From Eukaryota sp. GEM-RC1 (taxonomy: Eukaryota): a stretch of DNA of 64,000 nt. Below the pieces are notes generated by a model. It did no database searches. It saw nothing but the letters and a program-made list of their open reading frames with translations, and was not told the origin of the DNA. The stretch covers positions 1,922,001-1,986,000 of the forward strand of contig JAUFOQ010000016.1 in NCBI GenBank assembly GCA_040285855.1, written 5' to 3'. This document shows, one piece after another, positions 1 through 11,065 of this stretch. Within the stretch, counting starts at the first letter, position 1. The number at the start of each line of letters is the position of its first letter. Position numbers and translations under genes: made by a program.

Positions 1-378
1 CGAAAGTCCAGTCAAAAACACAATCCAATGACGAGTGTAGCTCGTGATGTTCAAGATCTTCTGAGTGATGGACAGTTTACACTCAAAAAATCAACACCAA
101 TGAAAAGTTTCCATGACAGTTCTAGAGTTGCTCAATCTCCAAAATTTGAGGATTATTTAGTTTCTAATTATCATAATGATTTTGAAACTGTCGAAAGTGG
201 TTTAAAGACAAGGAAACAACTTCAAGAAGAAGCAAAACTGCTGACGTCATCGCCACGTCAGACTAGGCCGGAGCCCTATCAACCCACTGATTTTGGAACT
301 CCTAGTCTTTTTACTCCAGCTACAAGGGAGTTTGAGAACAGAGTGCGAGATATTCGGAAGAACTTATCGCAGTTGTGA
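1..378 (+). CDS. C-terminal part of a hypothetical protein (starts before the window)
   Basis: Frame is open from base 1 to TGA at 376-378; low-complexity S/T/P-rich sequence; no recognisable family. Confidence 0.6.
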   Translation, partial: RKSSQKHNPMTSVARDVQDLLSDGQFTLKKSTPMKSFHDSSRVAQSPKFEDYLVSNYHNDFETVESGLKTRKQLQEEAKLLTSSPRQTRPEPYQPTDFGTPSLFTPATREFENRVRDIRKNLSQL

Positions 379-569
379 TTGTTTTTGTGTAGATTATGTA
401 TTTTATTGGTCGTTTTTGTGAACGAAGCTTTTCATCCATTATAAACCTTTAAAGAAAGTTTTTCAGTATTTCAATTAAGAACTTTTAGGTTAAAACTGGA
501 CAATTATACCGTAATTTAAGTAACAGAGGACATTAGGATGGCTTACTTAAAGTGTTTTCACAGACCTTT

Positions 570-905
570 TCAATCCTTCAAGTATTGTTTGTACGGAAAT
601 TTCGGTTTTTCTACCAAAGGGTTTTTAAATCTATTTCAAAATTTGTGTTCAGAATTTGGCAAGAAGTTTAACAGATCGTACTGGAAGAGTAAATTTGCTT
701 TTTCGATTTTAAGATCGATGTATAGATATCTTGATTCCATTTTGTCCAAGTTGTTTGGTGGTAACTACTTTTCGGAATTAGGTAGTTCGTTTGATAATTT
801 CTTTTCGGAATTAGGTAGTTCGTTTGATAATTTGTTTTAGTAGTCTTTATTTATTGGTTATTTTCTTGTTGTGTGTTTTTCTCTGTCCACATAAATCCGC
901 TTTTT
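570..905 (+). mobile_element. 5'-truncated RLE-type (CRE-like) non-LTR retrotransposon, family A
   Basis: Encodes LYGNFGFSTKGFLNLFQNLCSEFGKKFNRSYWKSKFAFSILRSMYRYLDSILSKLFG (end of a restriction-like endonuclease domain), then a 3' UTR ending CACATAAATCCGC-TTTTT; similar copies at 9664, 18429, 42776 and 43813. Confidence 0.7.
768..833. repeat. 33-bp tandem duplication inside the retroelement
   Basis: CTTTTCGGAATTAGGTAGTTCGTTTGATAATTT twice; present once in the copies at 18429 and 43813. Confidence 0.9.
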
Positions 906-1091
906 ATACTTCAAGCAATTATGTATGTGATAAATTTCTATTCCAATTCAACATTACAGGTTTTGTTAATTGTTGATTTAAGAACTTTAGTTGTGCAACA
1001 TACGGATTGGAAGCAAATACTTGAGCTGATCATGACTCATGATTTAACTGAGTGGAGGCAAAAAGTCAAATACTTTTCACCTCAATTACAC

Positions 1092-1760
1092 ATGGCTCTC
1101 AATATTGATTTGGCTTCTTTCGAATCTCAGGTCAACTCCTTTGGCAATTCTATCAGCCAACAACTACAATCTCTTGTTAATGACCACACAACAGAAATGT
1201 CATCACTTCACAACACACATGAGAATCTCGCATCGGAACGTGAACATCTCCAGGCGTTAGTTGAGGAGATGAAAGTCAAATTAGCTGATGAAACCAAATC
1301 CATTGAACATCTTGAGGATCAAATCATTCACACATCATCCTCTAACAGCGTCATTAAGCCTCAGATTGTTGAACTGGAGCAGAAACTAGAACGAGCCAAC
1401 GTCAATGTCGAAGCTAAGGAACATTTCCTTCTCGAACAACGAAAGAAAACTGACCAATATCTATGTAGACTAAATCAGGGGCCTACAATCTTCCGCCAAC
1501 ATTTAGGTCTTTGGTTTGAGAACTTCTCTGGTAAGCTGAAAGTCAACTTTTCCTATCTTGATCCTCTATCGCCCTCGAGGACGTTCTATTTTGTGATTTC
1601 CTTGAACAACGACCTCTACTCGCTCTGTGAGTCTGTCCCTCGTTTGCCTAAAGAAATTCAGGATAAATTGGTTTCAGAACTAAATGAATCCAATCAGCTG
1701 GCAGCCTTTGCAATCAAAATGAGACAGGAATTTGTGAATATTTTAAAATCCAAAGTGTAG
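1092..1760 (+). CDS. SPC25: Kinetochore Ndc80-complex subunit Spc25
   Basis: Coiled coil followed by an RWD-like C-terminus (FRQHLGLWF...KVNFSYLDP...FYFVI...VPRL...LNESNQLAAFAIKMRQEF); start uncertain (1032 or 1092). Confidence 0.8.
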   Translation: MALNIDLASFESQVNSFGNSISQQLQSLVNDHTTEMSSLHNTHENLASEREHLQALVEEMKVKLADETKSIEHLEDQIIHTSSSNSVIKPQIVELEQKLERANVNVEAKEHFLLEQRKKTDQYLCRLNQGPTIFRQHLGLWFENFSGKLKVNFSYLDPLSPSRTFYFVISLNNDLYSLCESVPRLPKEIQDKLVSELNESNQLAAFAIKMRQEFVNILKSKV

Positions 1761-2179
1761 TTTTTTGTATTTTTTCTGTTTAATTTTCTTCATGTTTGAA
1801 TCCTCTCTGATTCACTTTTTTTGTTGGATTTCGTGGTAGGTTCAGCAATTGTCGAGTTTGTCAGCGTCTTCGTTCGTAGTAATTTGTATTTTTTACTTTT
1901 TTTGTTTCTATTGTTCAAAGACTTAGATGATTCTCTAATGAATCAGTGATATTTGAAATTCTTCATTGGAAACCATAAACGCTGAAGCTAAATCTATGGT
2001 ATGAAATCATGAATAGACCTTAAAATAACTGGAGTCACAAGGTACGTGTGTCAGTATATTATTTAAACAATTGAAGTGAAGCTTTACTTCAATAATTTCT
2101 AAATGTTAATAGATATTCACAGTAACAGAGTTGATCTTTTGTGATAAATTCAAATAGAAGAAGCATCAAACTTGGGTTG

Positions 2180-2270
2180 AACTTTACTGTACTCAGAACA
2201 CAGTTTACCAAAAGAAGTTCAAAACAATTGTGCAGCTGGTCCAACATTACCGTATATCGACATTAAAGGT
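2180..2270 (-). mobile_element. Fragment of RLE retrotransposon family B
   Basis: Reverse complement aligns with 18603-18692; translates MSIYGNVGPAAQLF*TSFGKLCSEY. Confidence 0.7.
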
Positions 2271-2361
2271 CCAGCAAACAGTAAAAACAGTGGTTCTTCT
2301 TTAGTCTTAATCTACTAGTAGATCCAATTTTGGAAATCTGTATCGTCCTCTCAGAACTTCA

Positions 2362-3593
2362 ATGGACGAGTCACTTGTCGATGTTCTTTCGGCTGATGAA
2401 GTTTCCTTAGAGAAGCTTCGTACTATTGCTTACAGAGGTTTACCTGAAGATTCTCACAGATTGAGATCGATAACTTGGTCTATATTATTGTCATCTCTAC
2501 CTACCAAACGTTCTTCCTGGCTTTCTGTGTTAACGTCTCGTCGTCAGCTTTATTGTGACTATGTAAAGGACTTTTGGGTAGAAGCTCCTCCCCCAGAAGC
2601 CACAGACTTTGACCATCCATTATCATCTGCTTCTTCATCAGGTTATGCTTCATATTTCAATGATCGGCGACTCTTGTACGATATCTGCAAAGACTTGAAG
2701 CGAACTCATTCATCACATCCCTTCTTTGCTCTTAATGTCTCCAGCCCATCTTCATCCACGTCATCTCCATGTGTTGAAGGGCCCTCTGTCTGTGCCAAAA
2801 CTGCTGAACTTGTGGAAAAACTAAGTCCCAACAGAATACTGTTGACCTTCTAATTTCTACTCTTGTGTCCGCCCCACTTCACTGTGTACTTCTACGTGTT
2901 CTCTTTATATATGCTAAACTAAATCCCGCAATCAAATATATTCAAGGAATGAATGAGCTACTCTCCCCTTTATATTTCGTTTTTAAACATGCTTCATCAG
3001 AAGTAATTGATCTTGATGAATCTATCTTCCCTATGGAGCTCTGGAAAGATGACGTCTCTTCAGACTCTTTCCTAACTCATCCCGTGACTTCTGTTGAAGC
3101 TGACGTGTTCTTCGTGTTTACCCAGATAATGAGTAGGCAACGTGATAATTTTATAGAAACTCTAGATCATGATTCCAAACATGGTATTAGATCAAAAATG
3201 TTGGAAATTTCACATATTATATCTAGATTTGATCCCCCAGTACATGCTCATCTTAATTCTCTCTCCATTGACCCTCAGTTCTATGCCCTTAGATGGATCT
3301 CGGTGTTACTAGCACAAGACTTCTCCCTTACTGAAACCATTAGGATTTGGGATTCTCTCTTCTCTTGCATTGATACTAGGAGATGTTTTGTATTGTATTT
3401 CTGTGCATCAATGGTTCTGTCATTGAAAAAGGATCTGCTACAAGCTGACTTTGCTACAGTTCTGTCTCTGTTACAGCACTATTCAATAGATGATCTGGAG
3501 GAAGTTGTAACAAAAGCAAGGAAGATGTATCTTAGAGATGAGCAGTTGGTGTCCAAGAAAGAACGGAAAAAGGACAAGAAAAGTTGTGAATAA
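2362..3593 (+). CDS. TBC-domain Rab GAP (TBC1D13-like); one probable indel at about 2816-2820
   Basis: ICKDLKRT, YIQGMNELLSPLY, FYALRWIS, IRIWDSLF motifs; adding one A in GGAAAAAC joins the two ORFs. Confidence 0.9.
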
Positions 3594-3631
3594 AACGTAC
3601 GAGATATCTTTTTTCTGTTGATACTTTCGCA

Positions 3632-3958
3632 ATGTCAGGACAAGATAAAAAGTCAAAACATCCACATCGTCTACACAGCAGTTCTTATGCATGGGCTGAA
3701 CTAGCAGAATTAGCAGAAAAGGAGAAGCTACATTATCCTGTTCCATTTGAGGAAATGACTCACCCAATGGATATTCAGGATCCTTTTAGTAACAGGGAAA
3801 CTATTTCAACACAAACAAAACCTAATCCAGATTTATTTTTAGAAAGCAGTCCGAGAAGAATACATGGAAAACGAGGAAGTGCTCAAGCAGCAGAAATACA
3901 ACGACATAAAGAGAAAGAATCTGAAGAAGAAGAATACGAGTCGCCAATTCTGCCTTAA
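3632..3958 (+). CDS. Hypothetical protein
   Basis: 108-aa ATG-initiated ORF with protein-like composition; no family recognised. Confidence 0.5.
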   Translation: MSGQDKKSKHPHRLHSSSYAWAELAELAEKEKLHYPVPFEEMTHPMDIQDPFSNRETISTQTKPNPDLFLESSPRRIHGKRGSAQAAEIQRHKEKESEEEEYESPILP

Positions 3959-4007
3959 AAAGTTAGAATGTCAAATAGTGTTATAAAGACAAAAGACATA
4001 AGAATGA

Positions 4008-4193
4008 TCATTGTTGCCTGTAGAAATTCCATGAAGACGCACACAATGAAGCGTTAGGAGGTTTGTTTGTTAGGACAGATGTCCAATAATCTAAGGATGC
4101 ATCATCGAGGGATTTTTGTTCCTGAATCATGGGTTGGTTGTCAGAAAATGAACTGACATGAGGAAGAGCAGCATTTGAAGGGATTTTATCCAT
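4008..4193 (-). CDS. Small hypothetical protein
   Basis: 61-aa ATG ORF, GC above intergenic background. Confidence 0.3.
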   Translation of the reverse strand: MDKIPSNAALPHVSSFSDNQPMIQEQKSLDDASLDYWTSVLTNKPPNASLCASSWNFYRQQ

Positions 4194-4286
4194 TGGTGAA
4201 CTCTGGTAGTCAATGTACTAGGGTAGTGTTACTGTACTGTATCTAAGAAGACAGAAAGTCAAAATTTTGATTCTGCGAGCAATCTG

Positions 4287-4408
4287 TCATGTGTTTGTAT
4301 TAGGGCTCCCCACTCCGGGTGATGTCACCCATCAAAGAGGTCTGCGGTGAGAGGTCGATTTAACCTTGGGGTGGGGTGAACCAGGTCTCCCATTTCATTG
4401 AAACATGA
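4287..4408 (+). ncRNA. Candidate structured RNA (unassigned)
   Basis: GC-rich island; 12-bp helix 4308-4319/4365-4376 that needs G-U pairs; inner hairpin TGATG/CATCA. Confidence 0.3.
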
Positions 4409-4545
4409 ATGTATATGTGTGCTTCATGTCGTAATCTTGGCTTTGTTTACATAATAAATTACTAGTATTTTTGTTCAGTTATATTCTCCATTTTCTTCAG
4501 TACATATACTAGTAATCAAAGTGATCACTGCTTTATTCCATCACT

Positions 4546-4574
4546 TCAGTCAAGTATTTACAATACTTGACTGA
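4546..4574. repeat. Perfect 13-bp inverted repeat
   Basis: TCAGTCAAGTATT-TAC-AATACTTGACTGA. Confidence 0.85.
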
Positions 4575-4584
4575 TGACAGTGTA

Positions 4585-4642
4585 CAGTCTACCATTGATA
4601 TAGTGTGCTCACTTTGGTACGCATTATATCAAGGGTAGACTG
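4585..4642. mobile_element. 58-bp Tc1/pogo-type MITE
   Basis: TA|CAGTCTACCATTGATATA...TATATCAAGGGTAGACTG|TA; 18-bp TIR with 1 mismatch, TA on both sides. Confidence 0.75.
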
Positions 4643-4958
4643 TAAATCTATTGTTTCATACTCTTACAATCTATCATCATGCTAATCTATCATGCTTCGG
4701 AGAGTTCTTGATAACATTCATTCATTAATAAGTACACGTACATATCACTGAATGTGCTACTTGTTTGCCACTCAAATGCTGTCTGAGTTCAGTGGTATCC
4801 ACCTCAACTTCGTTTTACACAAACTGACTTCCTCCTATGAAGAGTCTAGATTCAACGTAATTCGACAGATGTATCTTAACAGCGAAGTCAACAATTTTGC
4901 CTATTGATCTAATCACGTTTGATGACTATTAGTGACTCTACAATACATTATCTTCTAT

Positions 4959-5858
4959 ATGTCTTGCTGTCAGGATTCTTCAACTTGTTGTAAACCCTCC
5001 ACCTCTGAGACCCTTCCATCGTGTTTCGGAGAAGCCGCTGATCTTGGAACGAAATTGGCTCATGACGCTACTGACCAGGACCGTCGTGATGTTGTTCGCC
5101 AAGGATATCAAAAGGTAGCTGAAAATGACCAACCTTCTCAAACGACCTATGATATTGCACTTTCTCTCGGTTACACTGAAGATGATTTAGCCTATATTGG
5201 TGATTCCGCCAACCTTGCCTTAGGTTGTGGAAATCCCATTGCAGCTGCAAATTTAACCGAGGGCGAAACTGTTGTAGACCTCGGTTCCGGTGCTGGAATT
5301 GACTGTTTGTTAGCTTCCCGTCAGGTTGGACCTAAGGGAAAGGTCATTGGTATCGACTTTACCCCAGAAATGATTAAAAGAGCCCAAGCTAATGCCTCTG
5401 CCAAGGGAGTGTTCAACACAGAGTTCCTTTTAGGAGACTTGGTAGACCTTCCTGTTGACGACAACACAGTAGACTGTGTCATCTCCAATTGTGTTATTAA
5501 CCTCGTTCCTGAAAAAGAATTGGCTTTCTCCGAAGCCTATCGTATTTTGAAACCTGGTGGTAGACTTATTGTCTCCGATATGGTTCTTCTCAAGCCTATT
5601 TCTCCTGAAGTTCGCTCGTCTGCTGCCTGTACAGTTGGTTGCATTGCTGGAGCTGTTATGAAGGATGAGTATTTGAATTTGATTCATGAAGCTGGTTTTG
5701 AAACTCCCAAAACTCTTGAAAGTAAGTATATTCGTGATGAGAACTTAACACGTCATGATAGAGGCAGAATCACTGTTGACAAGTATAAGTTTAGCAGTGA
5801 GTTTGTTGAGGGTCCGTTTGCTTGTGCCTTGAAAGTGTTTGCAATCAAGACTAAGTAG
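4959..5858 (+). CDS. arsM: Arsenite S-adenosylmethionine methyltransferase, prokaryotic ArsM type
   Basis: ANLALGCGNP, VVDLGSGAGID, VISNCVINL, GCIAGA motifs with the conserved Cys residues. Confidence 0.92.
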   Translation: MSCCQDSSTCCKPSTSETLPSCFGEAADLGTKLAHDATDQDRRDVVRQGYQKVAENDQPSQTTYDIALSLGYTEDDLAYIGDSANLALGCGNPIAAANLTEGETVVDLGSGAGIDCLLASRQVGPKGKVIGIDFTPEMIKRAQANASAKGVFNTEFLLGDLVDLPVDDNTVDCVISNCVINLVPEKELAFSEAYRILKPGGRLIVSDMVLLKPISPEVRSSAACTVGCIAGAVMKDEYLNLIHEAGFETPKTLESKYIRDENLTRHDRGRITVDKYKFSSEFVEGPFACALKVFAIKTK

Positions 5859-5971
5859 ACGAATATTTATATTTATCATTGTATATAAATGAAACCAACT
5901 TCAACATTAGCACACATAAAAGTTGATGCTTTAGTGTACTTACTGGTATTTAGATCAATATATTTGTGGTG

Positions 5972-6051
5972 CAGTCAAAACTGTTTATAGTGGGACTATA
6001 TGTACCTACACTATACAGTATAGAGTTTCACGCTATAAACAGTTTTGACAG
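5972..6051. mobile_element. 80-bp Tc1/pogo-type MITE
   Basis: CAGTCAAAACTGTTTATAGTGGGA...TCACGCTATAAACAGTTTTGACAG|TA; about 24-bp TIR; left flank TG rather than TA. Confidence 0.7.
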
Positions 6052-6401
6052 TAATGTCGACGACAGAAAAGCAGAACTAAAACATTTCCTTGAACGAGTT
6101 ACTTGAATTAATGACAAAGAAAGCCATCTACTCAACTAGTATATAAAATAAAGTCATCCAATAAGATTAATTGTAAATATGTATATAATTTAGCCACTTC
6201 AAAACAAAGCTTGTCACATTACGGTGATGTACAAGATACAAAATGAATTAAATTAGAGTGGTCACAAATCGAAAAATTAAGACACAAATATCGACCAAAC
6301 AGTTATCAATGAACTAGCAGAACAAATTGACCAAAAATGAATTTTCAAAAACGAAATATGCCAAAATCCTGCACAATAAACTACACAAATTCCTCAAATA
6401 T

Positions 6402-8579
6402 TTAAAAGAAGTCATCATCAAAATTCAAATCTTCCTTTGCACCACTCTGACTGTTGTAAAAGCTCACCAACGAATGACTATCAGTAGCTTCAACCACTTG
6501 CTTATCCTCCCTAACTCTAATAAACCTAGGAAACCTCAGAGCAATACCCTTATCAGAAGCGATTCCCTTTGCAGCGGGATACTTTGGCGAAAGAGACAGG
6601 TCAGCTGCCTTAACCTCCCACACAATTGAATGTTGCTCCGGATCAAAGTAAACATCAGGCTGCTCAATGTCTCCATAACGACAAGATCGTGGAGCTGAGG
6701 AGAGAACGAAAGGTTGGAAGAGTGCAGTGAAGTTAGCAAACACCTCATCACTAAATCCTGTACCCACCTTAGTCACGGCATGAAACATCTCGCTTTCTTC
6801 ATCGTAAATAGCCACAATATAACTAGCAAACTGTCCAGATCGTTTACCTTTACCATAGAAAGCACCTATTGGAACCAGGTCTAGAGAATCTCCCAGTTCA
6901 TTGACGTAATCTTTCTTAACCTTCAACCACTTATAAGATCTTCTCGCAGGACAATATTCTGAGTTCTGGTCGAGAGTTTTGACCATGAGTCCTTCCGTAC
7001 CGTTATTGACAGCTTCATCAAGGAAGGCGCTAATGTCTTCTAAAGAGGAGCAATCTAGATATTTGGCAAATTTAAATTTTCCATCAAATTCGTTAAACGA
7101 CGAATGTAACAGACCTCTACGTTCAGAGAACTTTTCTGTTAACTTTGAAACTCCATTTAAATACATTAAATCAAATCCAAATAAACACACAGTGACCTCA
7201 ATGTTAGCGGTGGAAACGTCCTTCCGAGCTCTCGTGGCAAGCTTTTGAAATGATTCAATCTTGCCAGTCGATTGATTAAAGGCAACAACCTCACAATCAA
7301 TCACGAAGGAGCTCACGTGATCCTTGTTTACACCTCCTTCCTTGGAAAAGAGCTCAACTAAATCAGGATACTTGGGCGTATGGTCTTCGCAATTCCTAGA
7401 ATATATTTTAATTGATCCATTTTCTAATAAATGAACTTGGGCACGTTCACCATCATACTTATACTCACAAGTAAACGTACTTGTCTCAAATCTAGACAGA
7501 ACTTCAGATATACTCTTAGTAGGCTTAGCAAGCATAGGTTTGACTGGGAAACCTACCTTGAAGTTGCAAATTTTTGAAATTTGATCCCATTTAGTTTTTA
7601 AAAGTTCACCACCAAGACTTCCCAAATCATTAATCTCAGCAAAAGCCTGTTTAATGATAGCATCGGCTTCATCAAAGGAAGACCCATCGAAATCCATCAC
7701 TTTTGATTGATAACTGACCGCAGCTCGACTCATTGCTGACGTGATAGTTGCCTCAGATGCTCCAATCCTAATCCTCCCCTGCAACGATCTCACCAAGAAC
7801 TTAGCTTCAGATCCTTGGGCAGAGACCAGTAGAGTAGTGGTCACCCCTGTCTTTTGAGTACGAGAACGTTGACCTTCCATTTTGGCTACCTTCATGAGCT
7901 CATTGAAGACAAAGGGAACGGTGAGAGGTTTTGGTTTGAAGAGGGTTTGTTGGCGGGTTTTACATGATTGAGCAATGTCTCCTAAATCTCCCTTGGTTTT
8001 CAGTTGTTCTTTAATTGATGACGTGGACTTGCCAGAAGCCTGACTGATTGCGTCAATGAGAATAGCATCTCCAACGCCTAAGGTGAGCCCTAGATGAGGA
8101 GGACCGAGCTCATTGGCGCATAAGAAGAGAACTTTGGAGTAGTCTTGAGGGGAGATGAGCATGATTGTTTCAAAAAGGGAGGCTAAGTAGGAGATTTTCT
8201 CAAGACGTTTGGTAGTACTGTCAATTGCTTCCAAAAGCAGAGGCGACGGCTAAATAGGGAGTAGGAGAGCCAGGGGTCCATAGGGGAATAGAAGAGAAAG
8301 GAATGGGTTTGTCAATCTCTTCAGCAAGCTCTAAAAGATCTTCATGAGAGAGATCAGAATTCAAGAGACACAAAGAAGTAGTTGATGAGTCAGATTCAAT
8401 CAGTTCTTCTTCTGAGGCGACCTTTTTGGCTGGAGGTTTGGTTGAAGTTGATGTTCTCTTTTGGGAACATCAGGAGTTATGGTCTTTTTTTGTTGGGGTT
8501 TAATGGTTCTTGAACTGGTGTTGGAACTGGATTTAGAACCAGGTTTAGAGAAGAACGAAGTGATGGAAGGTTGTGGCAT
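6402..8579 (-). CDS. LIG1: DNA ligase I; two probable indels (about 8460 and 8232)
   Basis: PIP box QPSITSFF; WTPGSPTPYLAVASAF|EAI after correction; EYKYDGERAQ, EGLMVK, WLKVKKDY, LRFPRFIRVREDK. Confidence 0.96.
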
Positions 8580-8680
8580 TTGTTGTTGTACTACTAGTAG
8601 TACTAAGAGTTGAAAGAACTTCTTTGAGTCAGATTTCAATTATTGGAGTAGTTCGTTTAGATAATAGTTTTCTTTCAGTT

Positions 8681-8835
8681 TTTCATGTATTGCTCCTAGA
8701 GGGAAGATGATGTTTCAGAGACCGAAAATCATTAGTCTAGGAGCATCTGTGGTTGGTCTCGGGGTGAAACCCACTATAAGTATGCAATGTATGATGAGTT
8801 ATATGTAACGCTTGAGTTGTGCATTGTACATGAAA
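8681..8835 (+). ncRNA. Candidate multi-hairpin structured RNA (unassigned)
   Basis: 9-bp closing stem, 10-bp perfect stem, long G-U-rich stem, complementary GAGACC/GGTCTC segments. Confidence 0.35.
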
Positions 8836-9017
8836 TCCACAGAATTATTGGTTAAAAAGCAGAAACTACACGACATACATATTCAATTTTCTTAACAGAG
8901 TTAATAATATTATAGAGAAGAAAAAAGATGATGATAAAACCACGATTTGGTAAGATGTCTTTAAGATAATACAACAAGCTGTAAAAAGTAAATTGTTCAA
9001 AAAAACATACACAAGGT

Positions 9018-9522
9018 TTATTGAAGAAGAGATCTTAAAAAAGAAGTTTTGGCCTTTGAAAAAACATCCCCTATTGACATGTCAATGATAGGAAGAAGTT
9101 CTGACTTTTGTTGTATTTTTGTTTTTGAGAGACGTAGCGTTTGTTTCAAAGAGATATCCATCATCAAAGATCTCGTCAATAGCGATGAGGAAGTAGGACA
9201 AGTTACTTTCAAAGGATTCCTTACTGAAGTTCTGTAGCGGCGTACCATCAAAAGCATCAAAGAGAATAGCGAGGGCATTTCGAAGAATGACTTCGTTACA
9301 TGTGATATCTCCTAAGATATAAACGGTGAGTTCTCCCTCTCGTTGTCTCGTTATGATGAAGTCATCAATAATGGCAACACTTTCATCTACCTGTGAACAA
9401 ATTCGCTTCTCTAGATCCCGATGAAAAGAAGGACCTTTTTCCAGAAGACTGCCAAAGTAACGACAGTGAAGAACTTCAAGTTGTTCTGCAACGATTACTC
9501 CAGAGACACGAAGAGATTGCAT
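9018..9522 (-). CDS. COPZ: Coatomer zeta subunit (longin/adaptor small chain); probable indel near 9115-9125
   Basis: YILGDITCNEVIL...NLSYFLIAIDEIFDDGYLFETN; C-terminal FSKAKTSFLRSLL in the shifted frame. Confidence 0.85.
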
Positions 9523-9663
9523 GAGGGGGATTTTTTCAACAATTATTTTTCCAGTGGTTCCTAGATACAGTATCATATTGTTGGTGTAATTAGCAGCTGT
9601 AAAATCCATAGTACTAGTAATTACTGCCTCACTGCCTCTGAATTAATGTACCATCGAAAATTG

Positions 9664-9750
9664 TCGGAATTGAGTTGTTCTTTTGATAGTTTGTTTTAAT
9701 AGTCTATATTTGTGTTTAGTTTCTTGTTGTGTATTTGTCTCGGCACTTAA
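9664..9750 (+). mobile_element. Degenerate 3' fragment of retrotransposon family A
   Basis: Aligns with 805-893 (TCGGAATT...TTTGATA.TTTGTTTTA.TAGTCT...TTTCTTGTTGTGT). Confidence 0.65.
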
Positions 9751-9881
9751 TACTACCAGACTGTAGTACCAGTAATAGTACCGTAGCACAATCCGCTTAT
9801 TTACAACTGTGTCTCGAACTTTCGTTTTTGAAAAATCTTTCCCTCTACACTTGTACTAGTTCATGAGTCTTGTTGTGTTTA

Positions 9882-10787
9882 ATGGACTGTGAACTCATAA
9901 TCGATGTGCTAGTCATTGATTTTCCACTTATTCCCCGTAGTGTTATTGTTGCAACAGTTAACAGTTTATTGGATACAGAAGTATCCACACCTGATGCACT
10001 ACTTCAGCATTGTTCTGCATCACTCAGTGTATACCTTGACCCTACTGTTATCTCTAAACCAAAAGTTTTTGATATTCGAAGTGCTCAAACCTACGATCAA
10101 CTACTACGCTACTTCCCTAATCTCTCAGAGTTCGAGGCTTCTCAGTGGATTGCTTCTTATCCAGATCTTCCTCTTGACACTTTAGTTCTACTGCTATCTC
10201 ACTACCAAAAACAGCACTCTTCATTCACCACTCTTTCTCCTGTCGACTCTTCCTCCAATCGCTTTCCTTCTACTCCCACCCGAAAGCCTACTGCTCTTCG
10301 TTTGCCAGTTGGTTCTGCGCGGGGTCCTGCTCTTCCTGTTAAAAAATCCCAGCAAAATCACCCACGTTGTCCAAAACCATCAATGCAAGTTGCTTCCTTT
10401 TCCGCACGACCTGCAGCGTCATCAAAGGAGCTCCATCACCTTTCTGACCTTCAGTCTTCTAGATCACGATTACTTTCTCTTTCTGGACGGAATACAGAAA
10501 TCACGTCAAAAATTTCCCTTCTGTCAAATTTGATTGACGATATCCAGAATTCAGTATTACCATCCAAAGAAGGCATCCTTGATTTGCATTATTTCGACAC
10601 TAATGGCGCAGAACAAGCTTTGGAGAGGGGGATTAGCTATACCAAGAGTAAGTCAATGAGGCAGTTAAAGGTTATTACTGGAAGAGGACAGCAGAGGCTG
10701 TTTAATCTAGTTTATGATTATTGTAAGCAACATAATGTGAAGTTTCAAGTTGATAGGAACACTTGGTCATTCCAATTGAGATTTTAA
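9882..10787 (+). CDS. Smr-domain protein with N-terminal CUE-like region
   Basis: C-terminal LDLH...LKVITGRG Smr signature; N-terminal DFP motif. Confidence 0.75.
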   Translation: MDCELIIDVLVIDFPLIPRSVIVATVNSLLDTEVSTPDALLQHCSASLSVYLDPTVISKPKVFDIRSAQTYDQLLRYFPNLSEFEASQWIASYPDLPLDTLVLLLSHYQKQHSSFTTLSPVDSSSNRFPSTPTRKPTALRLPVGSARGPALPVKKSQQNHPRCPKPSMQVASFSARPAASSKELHHLSDLQSSRSRLLSLSGRNTEITSKISLLSNLIDDIQNSVLPSKEGILDLHYFDTNGAEQALERGISYTKSKSMRQLKVITGRGQQRLFNLVYDYCKQHNVKFQVDRNTWSFQLRF

Positions 10788-10924
10788 ATTTTTGAAATGA
10801 TTCAAATTAAAACAGTTTATTAATGAAATGGAGTATAATAAAACGAAAACTAAAATCTTTGAAACACTAGATATAGAAAATTCTTAATCAACAGCATCAC
10901 AATTCTTTAATCAACTTAGTGATC

Positions 10925-11065
10925 ATCATTTTTAAACAAAGAAAGAGTCTAACGGTTTTGCCAAATTGATAAGCTGAATCTCCATTATTCATGATTGCGC
11001 TTCGCAATGTCATTGGAATACAAATCCACTTTTCGTTTGGTAGCCGTTTCTCAGTGGTTAAATTC
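10925..11065 (-). mobile_element. Possible decayed RLE retrotransposon remnant
   Basis: Translates ATKRKVDLYSNDIAKRN...FSLSIWQNR*TLSLFK, resembling the family A/B C-terminus. Confidence 0.35.

Noticed and set aside
8700..8735. Minus-strand CTAATGA...GAAA as a hammerhead ribozyme
   Set aside because: Lacks the essential G of CUGANGA and has no stem II between the motifs
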